Virus record (IMG/VR): IMGVR_UViG_3300032330_000840
Coordinates: 1-62,668 of that record
DNA from: a virus
Taxonomy: Duplodnaviria > Caudoviricetes
Direction: 5' to 3' (one strand)
Length of the DNA stretch: 62,668 nt
Positions 48,301-57,582 of the stretch are shown here, piece after piece (position 1 is the first letter of the stretch; each line of letters opens with the position of its first letter). The notes below the pieces were generated by a model. It made no database searches, was not told the DNA's origin, and saw only the letters and a list, made by a program, of their open reading frames with translations. The translations under genes were made by a program, and so were the position numbers.

Positions 48301-51300
48301 TTCATTGACAACTTGGGTGACGATGAAACGCCCAAGAGTAAGCCGCGCACCGCGGGGCCACGCACACCTAGAGGAGATTCCACAGGCAAGGGTGGAACAC
48401 GCGCACCCAGAGCGCCAAAGACTACAGAACTCCCACCTGAGTTCCAGGGCAATCCTGAAATTGAAGCCATTCTCAAAGGGTTAGATGCGGCCATGAAAGG
48501 GACCGCGCCAGCGGAAACCAGTAAAACTACTACTGCGCCCAACAGCCAAGAGCGACTGGATAGTCAAACAAATGATGCGGCTCGTCGTACTGCCCAGCAG
48601 GCTAAGGATGAAAAAAATAATCAAGGCCAGTACTCACGTAAAGGTCAGCATGATTACGCTGATGTTCAGCCATTTATTCAGCAGCTCTGGAATGCTCTTT
48701 CCGGCATGGTAAAAGATGTCAAGCAGCGGTTTTTAAAAATTTATCAAACTTTGGTGCAGCGATATGGAAACGCCATCAAAGAACATTTAAATACCTTTGC
48801 GGCCTCTTTGTACACCAAAGAAAAGAAGGTTCCTAGGAACCAGACTCCGGTTCAGGGAGAGCCAATTGACACTGCATCACGGGTTGTTTATTTGGGCAAG
48901 TCACGCTTCTCGAATGACGGCATTTATTTGCCCCGCGCTCAATCGGAATATGCTTATTCAGCTTTGGAAAATCTGGAAGCACAAGTTGGCGACATCGATG
49001 AATTTGTTGCCAAAGAGTTGGGCTACTCTTCCGTGGAGCAAATGCGCCAACCAACAGATGACCGTAACTCTGGCTTGGCTGGCTACCAAGTTGATGGCCT
49101 GGCTCTGGCTATTCAAGCCAATAAGCTTGGCAAGGGATTCATCATTGGTGATGACACTGGCGTTGGTAAAGGCCGCGCTGCTGCAGCAATGTTGGTATGG
49201 GCTAAGAAGAATGGGAAGATCCCAATTTTTGTTACCCTCAATGACTCTTTGTACTCTGCCATGTATGAAGACCTGACCAGCATTGGGCATGAAGACATCA
49301 AGATTGGAATGACCCATACCGATGGAGTTATTACCAAAGATCTTGGCGGTGGTAAAAGCAAACCTGTTTTCCAGAACAAAGGTTCAGATAGCAAAAAATT
49401 AATTGAGTACATCACCAAGAATGGTGCATTGCCCAAGGGCATGGATGCATTGTTTACGTCCTACTCTCAATTAAATGGCGGGGCAGGATCTCCAGCTCGA
49501 CAACAAGCCATAGCTTCTTTGGTTGCTGCTGGTAAAGCTGTGTTGGTTATGGATGAAGCCCATAACGCAGCAGGTGTTCCATCCGATGATGAAGATTCAA
49601 TGGGCCAAAACGCCTTCTTCATGTCCTTACTGACGGGTAAAAACTTACTTGGTAAAGAAAAAGATGCTCCCGACAACTGGAAGCCACCATCCGCCCTGTA
49701 TCTGTCCGCCACGTTTGCCAAGCGGCCAGACAACATGCCACTGTACATCCACACCAACTTGCGCTATGCAGCCAACACTCCAGAAGAGTTGACCGCATTG
49801 TTTGGTAAGGGTGTGAAGACCGATGTGCTGCAACAAGTATCTTCTGAGATGCTTGTGGCATCTGGTTCCATGTTACGCCGCGAGAGATCGTATGAAGGCG
49901 TAAAAATGAATTTTTTTACAGATGAAGAAAATGCTCCGCGTGACTCCAGGGAGTTTGATAAAGTTACCAACATTCTGCGGTCACTGGTCAATGCAGATCG
50001 CGCTTTAAAGCAATGGGTTAAAAAGCATGAAACCCAAAAAATGCTGGTGGAAACTTTTGGTGGACCAGAAGCCACATTTGGTACAGAAGGTCCAAATGCA
50101 TTCCGTGGAGTTAGTGCTAATCCATTTACATCCGTAGTCCACAACTACATCTCTGACTTATTGCTGTCGACTAAAACTCAAACAACAATCAATATGATTG
50201 TTGACAACATGAACAACGGTGAAAAAGTTGTTGTTGGCTTGAAGAGTACCAGCGGTGCTGCACTAGATGATTATGTTAAAAAAGAAAATATTGCAGTAGG
50301 TTCTGAAATCCAGAATTTTGGTTGGCAAACCATGCTGCAACGTGCAGTTAACTCAACTTTAAGAGCTAACTTACAGTCAGCATCCAAAGACCCGGCAAAA
50401 AATAAACCGATTGATATTCCTGTAGATGCGCTGCCAGGGTATGTAAAAGAAGGTTATGCCAAAGTGGCTGAAATGATTAAGAGTTTCCACTCTGATTTAT
50501 CTGCCGCTCCAATTGATTACATACGGGCAGAATTGCAGAAGAAATATGTCTGGAACATTAATGGAAAAGTCCATGTTGGTGATGAGGCCCCGGCTGGAGT
50601 TAAAGCTCGTCATTTAGTAGTCCGAGAAATTACTGGACGCAATAATGCCATTGACTACAGTGGTGATGTTCCAAAATATATTACGCTGAATCAACCAGAT
50701 CGCGTACAAACTATTTCTCAATTCCAAGACGGAGAAGACTCTGACAAGGGGCCAGTTGATGTCTTGATCATTAACTCTGCTGGCGCTACCGGTATTTCTT
50801 TACATGCATCTGTAAAGGCATTTGACCAGCGTCCTCGCCGGATGATTGTTATGCAGCCACATGGAGACATTAGCGTCTTCATCCAGTTGCTAGGCCGTAT
50901 TCACAGGACGGGTCAAGTTGAGTGGCCCTCCTTTACCATTCTGGCTACTGGCATTCCAGCAGAGCGGCGTATTCTGGCTATGTTGCAAAAGAAGCTTGGC
51001 AGCTTAAAGTCCAATACTTCTGGTGGATCTAGCAGCACCCAGATTGACACTAGTGTTGACTTTATCAACCAGTATGGTGATGTTGCTACATCTTTATACT
51101 TGAATGAACATCCGGAAATTAATGAGTTTTTGGGTGCGCCTAAATATGCCAATCCAGAAAAAGCTGCCGGAACGGACTTGGCGCATAAAGCATCCGGAAC
51201 GGCTGGACTTTTGTCAGTTGTTGATCAGCAAGAGTTTTTTGATTCCATTGAAGCCACTTACTTGGCTGACATTGAACTACGCAACTCTACCGGCACCAAT

Positions 51301-54300
51301 GCCTTGCAGCGCCGTGTGCTTCCTTTGAATGCAGAAATCATTAAAGAGAACTTGATTGAAGAGGGGTTGGACAACTCCAATCCATTTTTGGCAGATGTGG
51401 TAATGGCCCAGTTCAATGTGGACGTTATTGGCTCAACACCTACTCAGCAAGAAATTAAAGATGACATTGCTCAAGCATTGAATGGCCGCACCTCCGACCA
51501 AGTAGTAAAAGAAATTGATGCTGAACTCAACACCATTTTTGTTGAAGTACGTAATCAAATTATTTTGAAGCAGCAAGCTTTGGATGCATCAATTGCAGAT
51601 CCAGAATCTACTGAAAAAGATAGAGCTGAATTTCAAAAATTAAAAAAAGCGCTGGATGAACAATTTGCAACTTTAAATGATCGTAGAAAAAAAACCATAG
51701 ATGCATTAACGTATGACTTCCCTATTGGACAAGGGTTTAAAAAGTTTGAAATGCATGGCGTTCCAGCCAGTGCAGTTGTTATTGGTATTAAGGTGGATAA
51801 AAACCGGATTGGTAAATCCAAAACTGGAAATCCTTATGCGCCATCAAACTTCCAGATAATCTTAAAACGCAATATTCCTGATGGCCGGGTTGCCCCTACT
51901 TTGGCAACACTGGAAGGTAAAAGCATTTATAAAGAAGGACCAACATACTTTCCACCGTTGGATCAGTGGTTTGCTTTAAGGTCTGTAACAGGTGGACGCA
52001 CTACACGATACATTGCGCTTGGAAATATTTTGCGGGCCGCACAACTGTTTGAGTTTTCTGGCGGGGAAATTGCAAAATTTACATTGCAAGACAACAAAGC
52101 AGTTGGCTCGGAATCGGAGTTAGATAAAGAAAAAACATCCATCACTGGCGTGGTAATGCCATCCAGATATAAACCGTTGCCCGTGAGTGCACAGCCAGTT
52201 CGGATGCGTAATGCAGAGTCGTCTGTGCAGTACGTTCTGGCAGCATGGCATGAGTTCTTGCGGCAGAAGTATGAAGACACCCAGTTTGATTCATACAAAC
52301 AGGCGGCTGACAAGGTTAAGCCATTCTTGCTGGACAACCTTCCAGACTTTGGTCCATTTCGGGAAGCTAACCGATATGAGGCAACGATTTTGCGTGGAAT
52401 GAAAAACACATGGGCGCTTACGCTGGATGGTTATCGCCCAAGCAATGGTTTTAGAGTTAGCCTTAATAAAGATGTTCCAAGCAATTTTGTGGAAAAAGCA
52501 CAATTGTTGGTTGGGAAATTGCCAAAAACACGGAACGCTGACTATGAAATGCCTTCCGGGTATTACATTGAGTCTCCTGAAAAAGTTATAGAACTGGTCA
52601 AGTTCTTGCACAAAAACTTCCCTGCTGATGTAGGTGCATCTGAAGCCGAATTGGCGCGTCAGGTGATGAAGGTAGAGTTTCAAAACAATGAGTCCAAGCG
52701 GGGCATGTTGTCCCGGGCGGTAGCCGAAGGTGGGCAAAGCGTTGAGGCTGTGCAGTCTCAACTGTTCCCAATCGAAGGTATCACTGTTAATGTTGTGCAG
52801 TCCGCCGACAACCTTCCGGACGATGCAGCTCCATCAGACGTAGAAGGCGCTTGGTACTCCGGTACTACCGTGTATCTGGTGGCTGATAACCTCCCCAATG
52901 CCAAGCGTGTGCAAGAAGTACTGGCGCACGAGGCTATTGGTCACGCTGCCTTGGAGTCCATGCTTGGACCGGACATGATGAAGGATCTGGTAAAGAAAAT
53001 CCAGACCCTTGAGAAGAACTCTGGCATGATCCAGAAGGTTGCACAGCATGTGGACCGTACACAGCCCGGTCTGTCTGCTGAAAGTCGGGCCAAAGAGATT
53101 GTGGCCGTCATGGCAGAGCGCGGCTTGCACAAAGGGTTGGTCCAACGGGTATTCCAAGCGGTGCGTAACTTCCTGAAGAAGTTGGGCTTCACCATTCAGT
53201 TCTCTGACGGTGATGTGTTGGCCTTGCTCCGCAATGCTGAGAAGTTTGTTGGTGGTCAGTTCAGCCCGGGTGGAGAGGGCCTCTACTCCGTCAACTATAA
53301 AGGCAACCCAGCGCCATTGGCCTCTTTCCAGGCTCCAACAGAGCTGAATAAGCTGGATACCTTCCTGTACAAGTATCAAGACAAGCACATTGATACCAAG
53401 CGCATCCTTGAGATCATCCAGAAGCAAAATGTGGACATCAAGGACAACTGGGATCCGTACCTGAAAGAAGAACTCTATCACGGTAGAGTTGCCAAGCAGA
53501 CCAAGGACTTCATTGAAGATGAGTTCCGTCCTCTGTTGGAGGATATGAACAAACGCAAGATTACAGTTCTGCAGTTTGAGGAGTACCTGCACAACCGCCA
53601 CGCAAAAATTCGTAATGCATTTATTGCGGAGCGCAATCAACGCCCTGACATGCAGGATGGCGGCTCAGGACTCTTTGACACAGAAGTTGATGATTACATG
53701 CAGGATCTGGATACCCAACCAGAACTCAAGAAGAATTTTGAAGAGTTGGCGGAGAAGGTCGATGCAATGGTCAAGGAAACCCAAGACCTCATGGTTTCTA
53801 CCGGTCTGGAAAAGCAAAGCACCATTGATGCGTATCGGGAAAAGCTACCCTTTTACGTGCCACTGAAGCGCGATCCTGATGAGCTGGAGTTTGTCAATGC
53901 AAGCAGCGGCATGGGTCGTGGCTTCAATGTCAAAGGTTCAACCTCTAAGGCCGCTATTGGCTCTCACAAGACCGTTGTCAATATCTTGGGTAACCTGGCC
54001 CTGGAGCGTGAGAAAGTAGTCGTTCGTGGGGAGAAGGCTTTGATTGGCCGTGCGCTGTACGCTTTGGCAATCCAGAACCCCAACACCAACTTCTGGAAGC
54101 CCATCAATCCAGAGGCCATCAAAAACAAGCAGAAGCTTATTGATGAAATGCTGGACATGGACATGACATTGCGTGATGCTGAAAACATCATCCAAGAGTC
54201 CAAGACGGGTCGTCTGGATAAGCAGACTGGGTTGGTTAAGTATGAAATCAACCCCATGCTGCGCGATTCACCTAACGTCCTGGCCGTCAGGATTAATGGG

Positions 54301-56031
54301 GAAGACCGCTATGTATTCTTCAACCCTGGCAACAAGACAGCCTTGCGGATGGTGGAGTCACTGAAGAATCTTGATGCCGCCCAAATGGATGGTTTTATTA
54401 AGCAGGCTTCTGCGGTTACCCGCTTCATTGCGGCAGTAAGTACTCAGTACAACCCTGTCTTTGGCGCGTTCAACTTCTTCCGTGATGTGCAGAGTGCGGC
54501 CATCAACTTGTCCAGCACTCCAATTGCTGACAAGAAGTTTCAGGTGGTAAACGACTCCCGCTCTGCGGTTCGGGCCATCTATCGCAATCTGCGCGGCAAA
54601 CCAGCTACTACTCCGGAGATGCAGAAGTGGATGGATCTGTTTGAGAAATACCAGAATGCTGGTGGTGCAACAGGGTTCCGCGATCAGTTCAGCAAGAACG
54701 ACGAGAAAGAAACTCTTGTTGAGCGTGAGCTTGGACGTTTGAACCGCAACAATGTGAAGAAGGCGGTTGATGCAGTTGCTGATTGGCTTTCCAACTATAA
54801 CGATGCTATGGAGAATGCTGTACGTCTGTCAGCCTTTAAAGCAGCGCTTGATGTTCCGGGCATGTCCGTAGACCGTGCGGCCAGCATTGCCAAGAACCTG
54901 ACCGTTAACTTCAACCGTAAGGGTGCAAGCACTCAAACGATTGGCGCTCTTTATGCGTTCTTCAATGCGGCTGTGCAAGGTAGCGCCAGGTTGGCGCAGA
55001 CTCTTGTTACCCGCAACGCAGACGGAAAACTTCGCCTTAGCCCGGCTGGCATGAAAATTATTGCTGGTGGGGTATTGATTGGTGTTGCACAAACAGCAAT
55101 TCTGGCGATGGCTGGCTTTGGACCTGATGATCCATCCGAGTGGATTAAGGAAAAGAACCTGATCATTCCAACCGGTGGCGGTGGCTACCTGACTATCCCA
55201 ATGCCGCTTGGCTTCAACTTGTTCCCGAACCTGGGTCGCGTGTTGTCTGAGTACATGATGGTTCAGTCTGGAGCCATGAAGGGTAAGCGCGACATCAAGA
55301 AGACCGTAACCTACTTGGCTACCTCTATCTTGGATACCTTCAACCCGCTTGGATCCAGCACCTTTGCACAAACACTAACTCCAACCCTTGTTGATCCGTT
55401 GGTTGCGGTTTCTGAAAACAAAGATGCTTTTGGTCGCCCCATCTCCAAGGAAGACCGGGGTCTGAAACCTACTCCGGGCTACGAGCGCAGCCGTGATTCA
55501 GCCAATGGATTGAGTCAGGCGATTGCTTATGCGCTGAACTACGTCACTGGTGGCGGGGAAAAGGGGATTGGCTTGATCAGCCCCACCGCTGATCAGCTTA
55601 GCTATATTGCCGGTCAATACACTGGTGGAGTTGGTAAGCTGGGCATCCAGAGCTACGAATACGCCAAGTCCAAAATTACCGGTGATGAGGTCCAGTCATA
55701 CCAAGTTCCAGTTGCTGGAAAGCTGTATGGTGACATCAATACTCCTGCCGCAATATCCGGCAAGTTCTACGAGAACCTGAAGGATATGTCGCAGCACGAG
55801 CGCATCATCAAGGACATGAAGGGTAAGGGCGTAGCAGAGTACATAAAAGAAAACCCTGAAGCCGCATTGCGGAACAGGGCTAACTATGTTGAAAATGAAA
55901 TTGTCCGCCTGAAGAAAGAGAAGAAGGCTTTGGTAGAAAGAAACGCTCCGGACGAGCAGATCAAACGCAAAGATGATCGAATCAAGGAGCTGATGGACAA
56001 CTTTAACAAGTCGGTTATAAAACTCCAATGA
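42313..56031 (+). CDS. 4572-aa polyvalent protein (DarB/DdrB-like): LPD1-like, MTase fold, Strawberry-notch-type SF2 helicase, zincin-like peptidase, LPD38-like
   Basis: IDFGNWV..HEWQH; VLDPTGGNG..HPPA; GDDTGVGKG, DEAH, SAT, QLLGRIHRTG; HEAIGH; IPMPLGF..NKDAFGRPI. Confidence 0.85.
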   Translation: MPIYEYKGQQYDISTDDPAAAKAKILSYLDTQPIASEEVATAPPEPQTGFSAFGPAVMRGVRGLASLTGDVAPAMIAKAVGANDYAKQQMKEAAAYQKETEALYPSAVPSFTNIKGAGDALTYIVEAVGEAIPTLIPSLFTGGAAAVAGRGAVAAARVAAEKAATTSMAAGVTAEAAKDIALKAGVDAAKREALKYEVAGALVGSAAQNIPDVYQGLYEKGYDNLPVALAFGAFNSVLDAVTPINLLRKSKLAGIPENEIIGAWYKRAGKGALEGMVSEGATEAIQEMSSAAAEKFVDSNNDFFTAQNFERFINAGLKGGLGGAGISAATNVAFGRKEAEETPPGGLASLPTATPIPPTNAPIVATTTVQQGGKTSIKVTRSDGSVDIDGVQVTPPTGPVAPTGGIATLTPQEITDEESQDQQQLIDEANQILGTPAVTPVTVEQPQDITDLLPKPPAIEGKPSGIETPEAEQTETQRPAEPETPVITGGPAIPPVVTPKQPELNPPATPANPPATPAEKTDLEKIHEAYATYKGKDYQGTKELADFKVGRLQEVANEKNTPIKVWMHQGQIVTTGADVERPKGARLIGTINPVIEQKPETTAGPSIPAGGKPTEEQAPIEEPKNAPSEEAPPESPTDEAPAEAPAEESTEGAAPAEEAPTEVPTEEAPVEGTAPTEEGTETPATPTETTEEGAAPATPPAATPEEGGEKPAEGGTTAGPSTPAKTKQKQVWHILYKSGRQANGRAVNIDFDTEQEAKEHLNKNFTAPWEYKIKAKTIDVPVETTAGPAKPPKVKLTDEEKAKAAEEKKAADEAKAKAAEEKAAADKAEEERKKKLEEFNKQPMKVAMDEGDAAKVAELLYGKTVSEEFFPSMQTEGLIRIPVELKDVAAIETALKKYGFTINGADVFTSNDPSTPGPERVTISAVYKPEKVSIQGGGAEFIGNRKGKVTAPPVPKNPTDVAISKMLAAASKDALLDIHSNVNNSFGAMMYKEGLAHYLVTPADFLLQNLKSIGSLPITPKTQGPGAIKMALAQGKNTEVEMLLQYYVEALNGLQQVFNEHSRVDALNAAIKEKYIKDPYSGKLAERYTHDGVNLSSKFNNKNLDLVKLNDRLYSLFAANEDSTDQTKRIVKKDAEFPPTMERIIRRGMRDHRQGRPADVQDFIDTFGFFPGGIDFGNWVNQTERADHLNAIYDAMHDLADLSGISPKMLGLGQQLKLAVGAQGRGGRTAAHYIAKDNQGKWVNEINLTKTKGDGSLGHEWQHGLDFNLQRTENGKTLMEETASMLQAQMKLELVEETLRNILKNVSSTTENRNLPPKKALFAAITQGPYSQRPSIYSNATEDTQFARDARALDREENREPIYWASNKELLSRGFEAMLFDASKGGSPYLVGPAVADGYISKPNGYAGTAYPSGSERPILNEIFKQMLDQIDPETLKVKTYKAETRIVHIEELGYAILDQHNMGSRNGGSLFWYKNKQEAEDAMEYREGREEILTPYRLQIGKVNERILDIANRVDAIMDEMGLFKWPEIKNDSMSESMFNHMRQGWWPKSNRELIEYGIKAYLQKPELLGFNPIKDKREIDQYKIADFENDRVKLKQTQEDFEAAAVRYVAQIITDMRTTGSDTKAIYDHILGMYKNQPMLEIKSILSKTNNSYSTPMPIAFLAGMLARVKSTTTVLDPTGGNGMLVVSANPRNVTTFEIDPHRANNLQLMQFGKVVEGDATEEVAKLKNQEVDVVLAHPPASTLSSAINIKSWDGKEYKIGTLDQQIAAESLHAIANDGRAVLLVQAHPNMGTITSTDKQFLNWLYSNYNVADHFEIAGNLYHPQSASAPMRILVIAGRNQTENLYPTNFTVDRINTFDELWSRYVQTSNRSEKVVVGAGKKRPATGGANKPRGGVPTGDTLEDDENGAGLGIGEGAGVGEPLLTTGGGTGTSGTGGRGATGRNGSGQQQSDNGEGQSGGSGGVGSSGTEGGQGNGPGSGAELGGLPDLDDLLNFIDNLGDDETPKSKPRTAGPRTPRGDSTGKGGTRAPRAPKTTELPPEFQGNPEIEAILKGLDAAMKGTAPAETSKTTTAPNSQERLDSQTNDAARRTAQQAKDEKNNQGQYSRKGQHDYADVQPFIQQLWNALSGMVKDVKQRFLKIYQTLVQRYGNAIKEHLNTFAASLYTKEKKVPRNQTPVQGEPIDTASRVVYLGKSRFSNDGIYLPRAQSEYAYSALENLEAQVGDIDEFVAKELGYSSVEQMRQPTDDRNSGLAGYQVDGLALAIQANKLGKGFIIGDDTGVGKGRAAAAMLVWAKKNGKIPIFVTLNDSLYSAMYEDLTSIGHEDIKIGMTHTDGVITKDLGGGKSKPVFQNKGSDSKKLIEYITKNGALPKGMDALFTSYSQLNGGAGSPARQQAIASLVAAGKAVLVMDEAHNAAGVPSDDEDSMGQNAFFMSLLTGKNLLGKEKDAPDNWKPPSALYLSATFAKRPDNMPLYIHTNLRYAANTPEELTALFGKGVKTDVLQQVSSEMLVASGSMLRRERSYEGVKMNFFTDEENAPRDSREFDKVTNILRSLVNADRALKQWVKKHETQKMLVETFGGPEATFGTEGPNAFRGVSANPFTSVVHNYISDLLLSTKTQTTINMIVDNMNNGEKVVVGLKSTSGAALDDYVKKENIAVGSEIQNFGWQTMLQRAVNSTLRANLQSASKDPAKNKPIDIPVDALPGYVKEGYAKVAEMIKSFHSDLSAAPIDYIRAELQKKYVWNINGKVHVGDEAPAGVKARHLVVREITGRNNAIDYSGDVPKYITLNQPDRVQTISQFQDGEDSDKGPVDVLIINSAGATGISLHASVKAFDQRPRRMIVMQPHGDISVFIQLLGRIHRTGQVEWPSFTILATGIPAERRILAMLQKKLGSLKSNTSGGSSSTQIDTSVDFINQYGDVATSLYLNEHPEINEFLGAPKYANPEKAAGTDLAHKASGTAGLLSVVDQQEFFDSIEATYLADIELRNSTGTNALQRRVLPLNAEIIKENLIEEGLDNSNPFLADVVMAQFNVDVIGSTPTQQEIKDDIAQALNGRTSDQVVKEIDAELNTIFVEVRNQIILKQQALDASIADPESTEKDRAEFQKLKKALDEQFATLNDRRKKTIDALTYDFPIGQGFKKFEMHGVPASAVVIGIKVDKNRIGKSKTGNPYAPSNFQIILKRNIPDGRVAPTLATLEGKSIYKEGPTYFPPLDQWFALRSVTGGRTTRYIALGNILRAAQLFEFSGGEIAKFTLQDNKAVGSESELDKEKTSITGVVMPSRYKPLPVSAQPVRMRNAESSVQYVLAAWHEFLRQKYEDTQFDSYKQAADKVKPFLLDNLPDFGPFREANRYEATILRGMKNTWALTLDGYRPSNGFRVSLNKDVPSNFVEKAQLLVGKLPKTRNADYEMPSGYYIESPEKVIELVKFLHKNFPADVGASEAELARQVMKVEFQNNESKRGMLSRAVAEGGQSVEAVQSQLFPIEGITVNVVQSADNLPDDAAPSDVEGAWYSGTTVYLVADNLPNAKRVQEVLAHEAIGHAALESMLGPDMMKDLVKKIQTLEKNSGMIQKVAQHVDRTQPGLSAESRAKEIVAVMAERGLHKGLVQRVFQAVRNFLKKLGFTIQFSDGDVLALLRNAEKFVGGQFSPGGEGLYSVNYKGNPAPLASFQAPTELNKLDTFLYKYQDKHIDTKRILEIIQKQNVDIKDNWDPYLKEELYHGRVAKQTKDFIEDEFRPLLEDMNKRKITVLQFEEYLHNRHAKIRNAFIAERNQRPDMQDGGSGLFDTEVDDYMQDLDTQPELKKNFEELAEKVDAMVKETQDLMVSTGLEKQSTIDAYREKLPFYVPLKRDPDELEFVNASSGMGRGFNVKGSTSKAAIGSHKTVVNILGNLALEREKVVVRGEKALIGRALYALAIQNPNTNFWKPINPEAIKNKQKLIDEMLDMDMTLRDAENIIQESKTGRLDKQTGLVKYEINPMLRDSPNVLAVRINGEDRYVFFNPGNKTALRMVESLKNLDAAQMDGFIKQASAVTRFIAAVSTQYNPVFGAFNFFRDVQSAAINLSSTPIADKKFQVVNDSRSAVRAIYRNLRGKPATTPEMQKWMDLFEKYQNAGGATGFRDQFSKNDEKETLVERELGRLNRNNVKKAVDAVADWLSNYNDAMENAVRLSAFKAALDVPGMSVDRAASIAKNLTVNFNRKGASTQTIGALYAFFNAAVQGSARLAQTLVTRNADGKLRLSPAGMKIIAGGVLIGVAQTAILAMAGFGPDDPSEWIKEKNLIIPTGGGGYLTIPMPLGFNLFPNLGRVLSEYMMVQSGAMKGKRDIKKTVTYLATSILDTFNPLGSSTFAQTLTPTLVDPLVAVSENKDAFGRPISKEDRGLKPTPGYERSRDSANGLSQAIAYALNYVTGGGEKGIGLISPTADQLSYIAGQYTGGVGKLGIQSYEYAKSKITGDEVQSYQVPVAGKLYGDINTPAAISGKFYENLKDMSQHERIIKDMKGKGVAEYIKENPEAALRNRANYVENEIVRLKKEKKALVERNAPDEQIKRKDDRIKELMDNFNKSVIKLQ

Positions 56032-56302
56032 TCTCCCGCTCAAAGAGCTGACCGATAGTCCGGCGGTGTGCTTCCTCCCACATCTCCAGCCTTTCGGCTC
56101 GGCTCATATTAGCGCCCTGGTCCAGCTCGGAGTGGCACTTAAAGCACAATGACGCAATCCTGTAGTCATTGGCTTTAAGGCTGCGTCCTTTACCGTCACG
56201 CATCTGGTTGCTGTGAGCTGCCACTACCGTACCGTCTTCAGTACCACAGTGTTGGCAGGGCAACTCACGGGCCGCATCCAGTAGCTTACGATTCCGGTAC
56301 AT
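56015..56302 (-). CDS. DUF1364/YbcO-like Zn-binding nuclease-fold protein
   Basis: MYRNRKLLDAARELPCQHCG, TVVAAHSN, GKG..LKAND, LCFKCHSELD. Confidence 0.8.
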   Translation of the reverse strand: MYRNRKLLDAARELPCQHCGTEDGTVVAAHSNQMRDGKGRSLKANDYRIASLCFKCHSELDQGANMSRAERLEMWEEAHRRTIGQLFEREIIGVL

Positions 56303-56480
56303 CTTTTTTTCGCTTCTTGATTGTGGCAAGACCACCATCAGGTTTACGCCCAAGCATGTACTCATCTGCCAATTCAAAAGAAAGCTTGATGATGTTGGCA
56401 TCTTGCTTCCCCCTGATGAGCAGACCAGCCATTGCAAACATCGCGGCGATATCGCGCAGGTTTTGGTCGTGCTCAGTCAT
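56286..56480 (-). CDS. hypothetical protein
   Basis: LRDIAAMFAMAGLL..ADEYML. Confidence 0.7.
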   Translation of the reverse strand: MTEHDQNLRDIAAMFAMAGLLIRGKQDANIIKLSFELADEYMLGRKPDGGLATIKKRKKDVPES

Positions 56481-56698
56481 TAGTGGACCTCGTGTAGCTT
56501 GTAAGCTTCTCTTGATGAGTTCAATGTAACTAAAACAGCGTTACAGACCTGGCGGTCATCGTCCATCTTAATTTGCACAAGGATGTCGCACATAACGCAG
56601 CAAAGTGCCATAACGGCATCCATTGGATCCTCGCAAGGAGAATCCATGATGGTTGATTCAACGGCGCGTAGCATTTTGATAAATGACTCTTCCATCAC
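56480..56698 (-). CDS. hypothetical protein
   Basis: Operon packing. Confidence 0.65.
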   Translation of the reverse strand: MMEESFIKMLRAVESTIMDSPCEDPMDAVMALCCVMCDILVQIKMDDDRQVCNAVLVTLNSSREAYKLHEVH

Positions 56699-56967
56699 AT
56701 CTCCAGTTCTTTGATGGCGTCAGTAAGCAGGTCGTTGAGATACTTGCTGCGAACAGCAATATGCTCAATCTCCTCCACCTGGTCAACGCACTTGATGCAG
56801 TCACGCAGGGCCTTGTTGTATCCAGCCTTGTAGGCATCGTTGCCATCAAGGATCATTGCTATGGCGTCACGCACCATAGAGGATGCCTTGCGTTGCTGCG
56901 CCAGCACCTTGATCTTCTCGTAGTGCTCAATCGGCAGGTACACGCTGTACGGTACTAGTTTTTTCAT
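56695..56967 (-). CDS. ribbon-helix-helix-like DNA-binding protein
   Basis: GGAGG SD; PYSVYLP..HYEKIK....ASSMVRDAI. Confidence 0.6.
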   Translation of the reverse strand: MKKLVPYSVYLPIEHYEKIKVLAQQRKASSMVRDAIAMILDGNDAYKAGYNKALRDCIKCVDQVEEIEHIAVRSKYLNDLLTDAIKELEM

Positions 56968-57386
56968 TGTTTCCTCCATGCCTCAAAGGCTTCTTTGAGT
57001 CGATTAAATAGGGCTCGGGCGTCTTCATCAGTCTTCAGCTCCTTGCGGGACTCAATACCAAGATAGTCGCTCAACCATTCGGCACATGCCTTCTCGTTCT
57101 GATCTTCCAAGAGCTTCTTCTGGCTAAGCCACTCCCAGAACTCAGGGTCACGGCACAGCATCCCAGCCATCTTCACGGCATGGTCGCCCGGGAACTCTTG
57201 CTCACGGTTCATTGGCCGCTCATCATCACCCAGCCGAACCATGACCACCACATAGCGTGAGCCAACAAAGTCACGCATCAGGTCATCTGGCAGGTCATCG
57301 GGATGGACGGCCATCGTCAACACGTAGCCGTCCTTGGACTGTTTCAGCCCAGTCTTGATGCCCTCAAACTGAATCGGCTCGCTCAA
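56964..57386 (-). CDS. hypothetical protein
   Basis: AGMLCRDPEFWEWL, GIESRKEL. Confidence 0.7.
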   Translation of the reverse strand: MSEPIQFEGIKTGLKQSKDGYVLTMAVHPDDLPDDLMRDFVGSRYVVVMVRLGDDERPMNREQEFPGDHAVKMAGMLCRDPEFWEWLSQKKLLEDQNEKACAEWLSDYLGIESRKELKTDEDARALFNRLKEAFEAWRKQ

Positions 57387-57582
57387 GCTTCATCTCCAGG
57401 TAATTAATGATGCCAGCAGCTTTGATCATTGCAGTTTTCAGTTCATCGTAGTTGGCTTTAGTCTCTTCAAGAGCTGCAATCAGCTCCTCCTCCTGCTGAA
57501 TAGATAGCCGAAGAGCTGCATCAAGGTTGTTGCAGACCTTCTCCCAGCCCTCAACAGTAGTTGGCTTTTTACTTTTAGTCAT
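57364..57582 (-). CDS. small coiled-coil protein
   Basis: Operon packing. Confidence 0.65.
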   Translation of the reverse strand: MTKSKKPTTVEGWEKVCNNLDAALRLSIQQEEELIAALEETKANYDELKTAMIKAAGIINYLEMKLERADSV

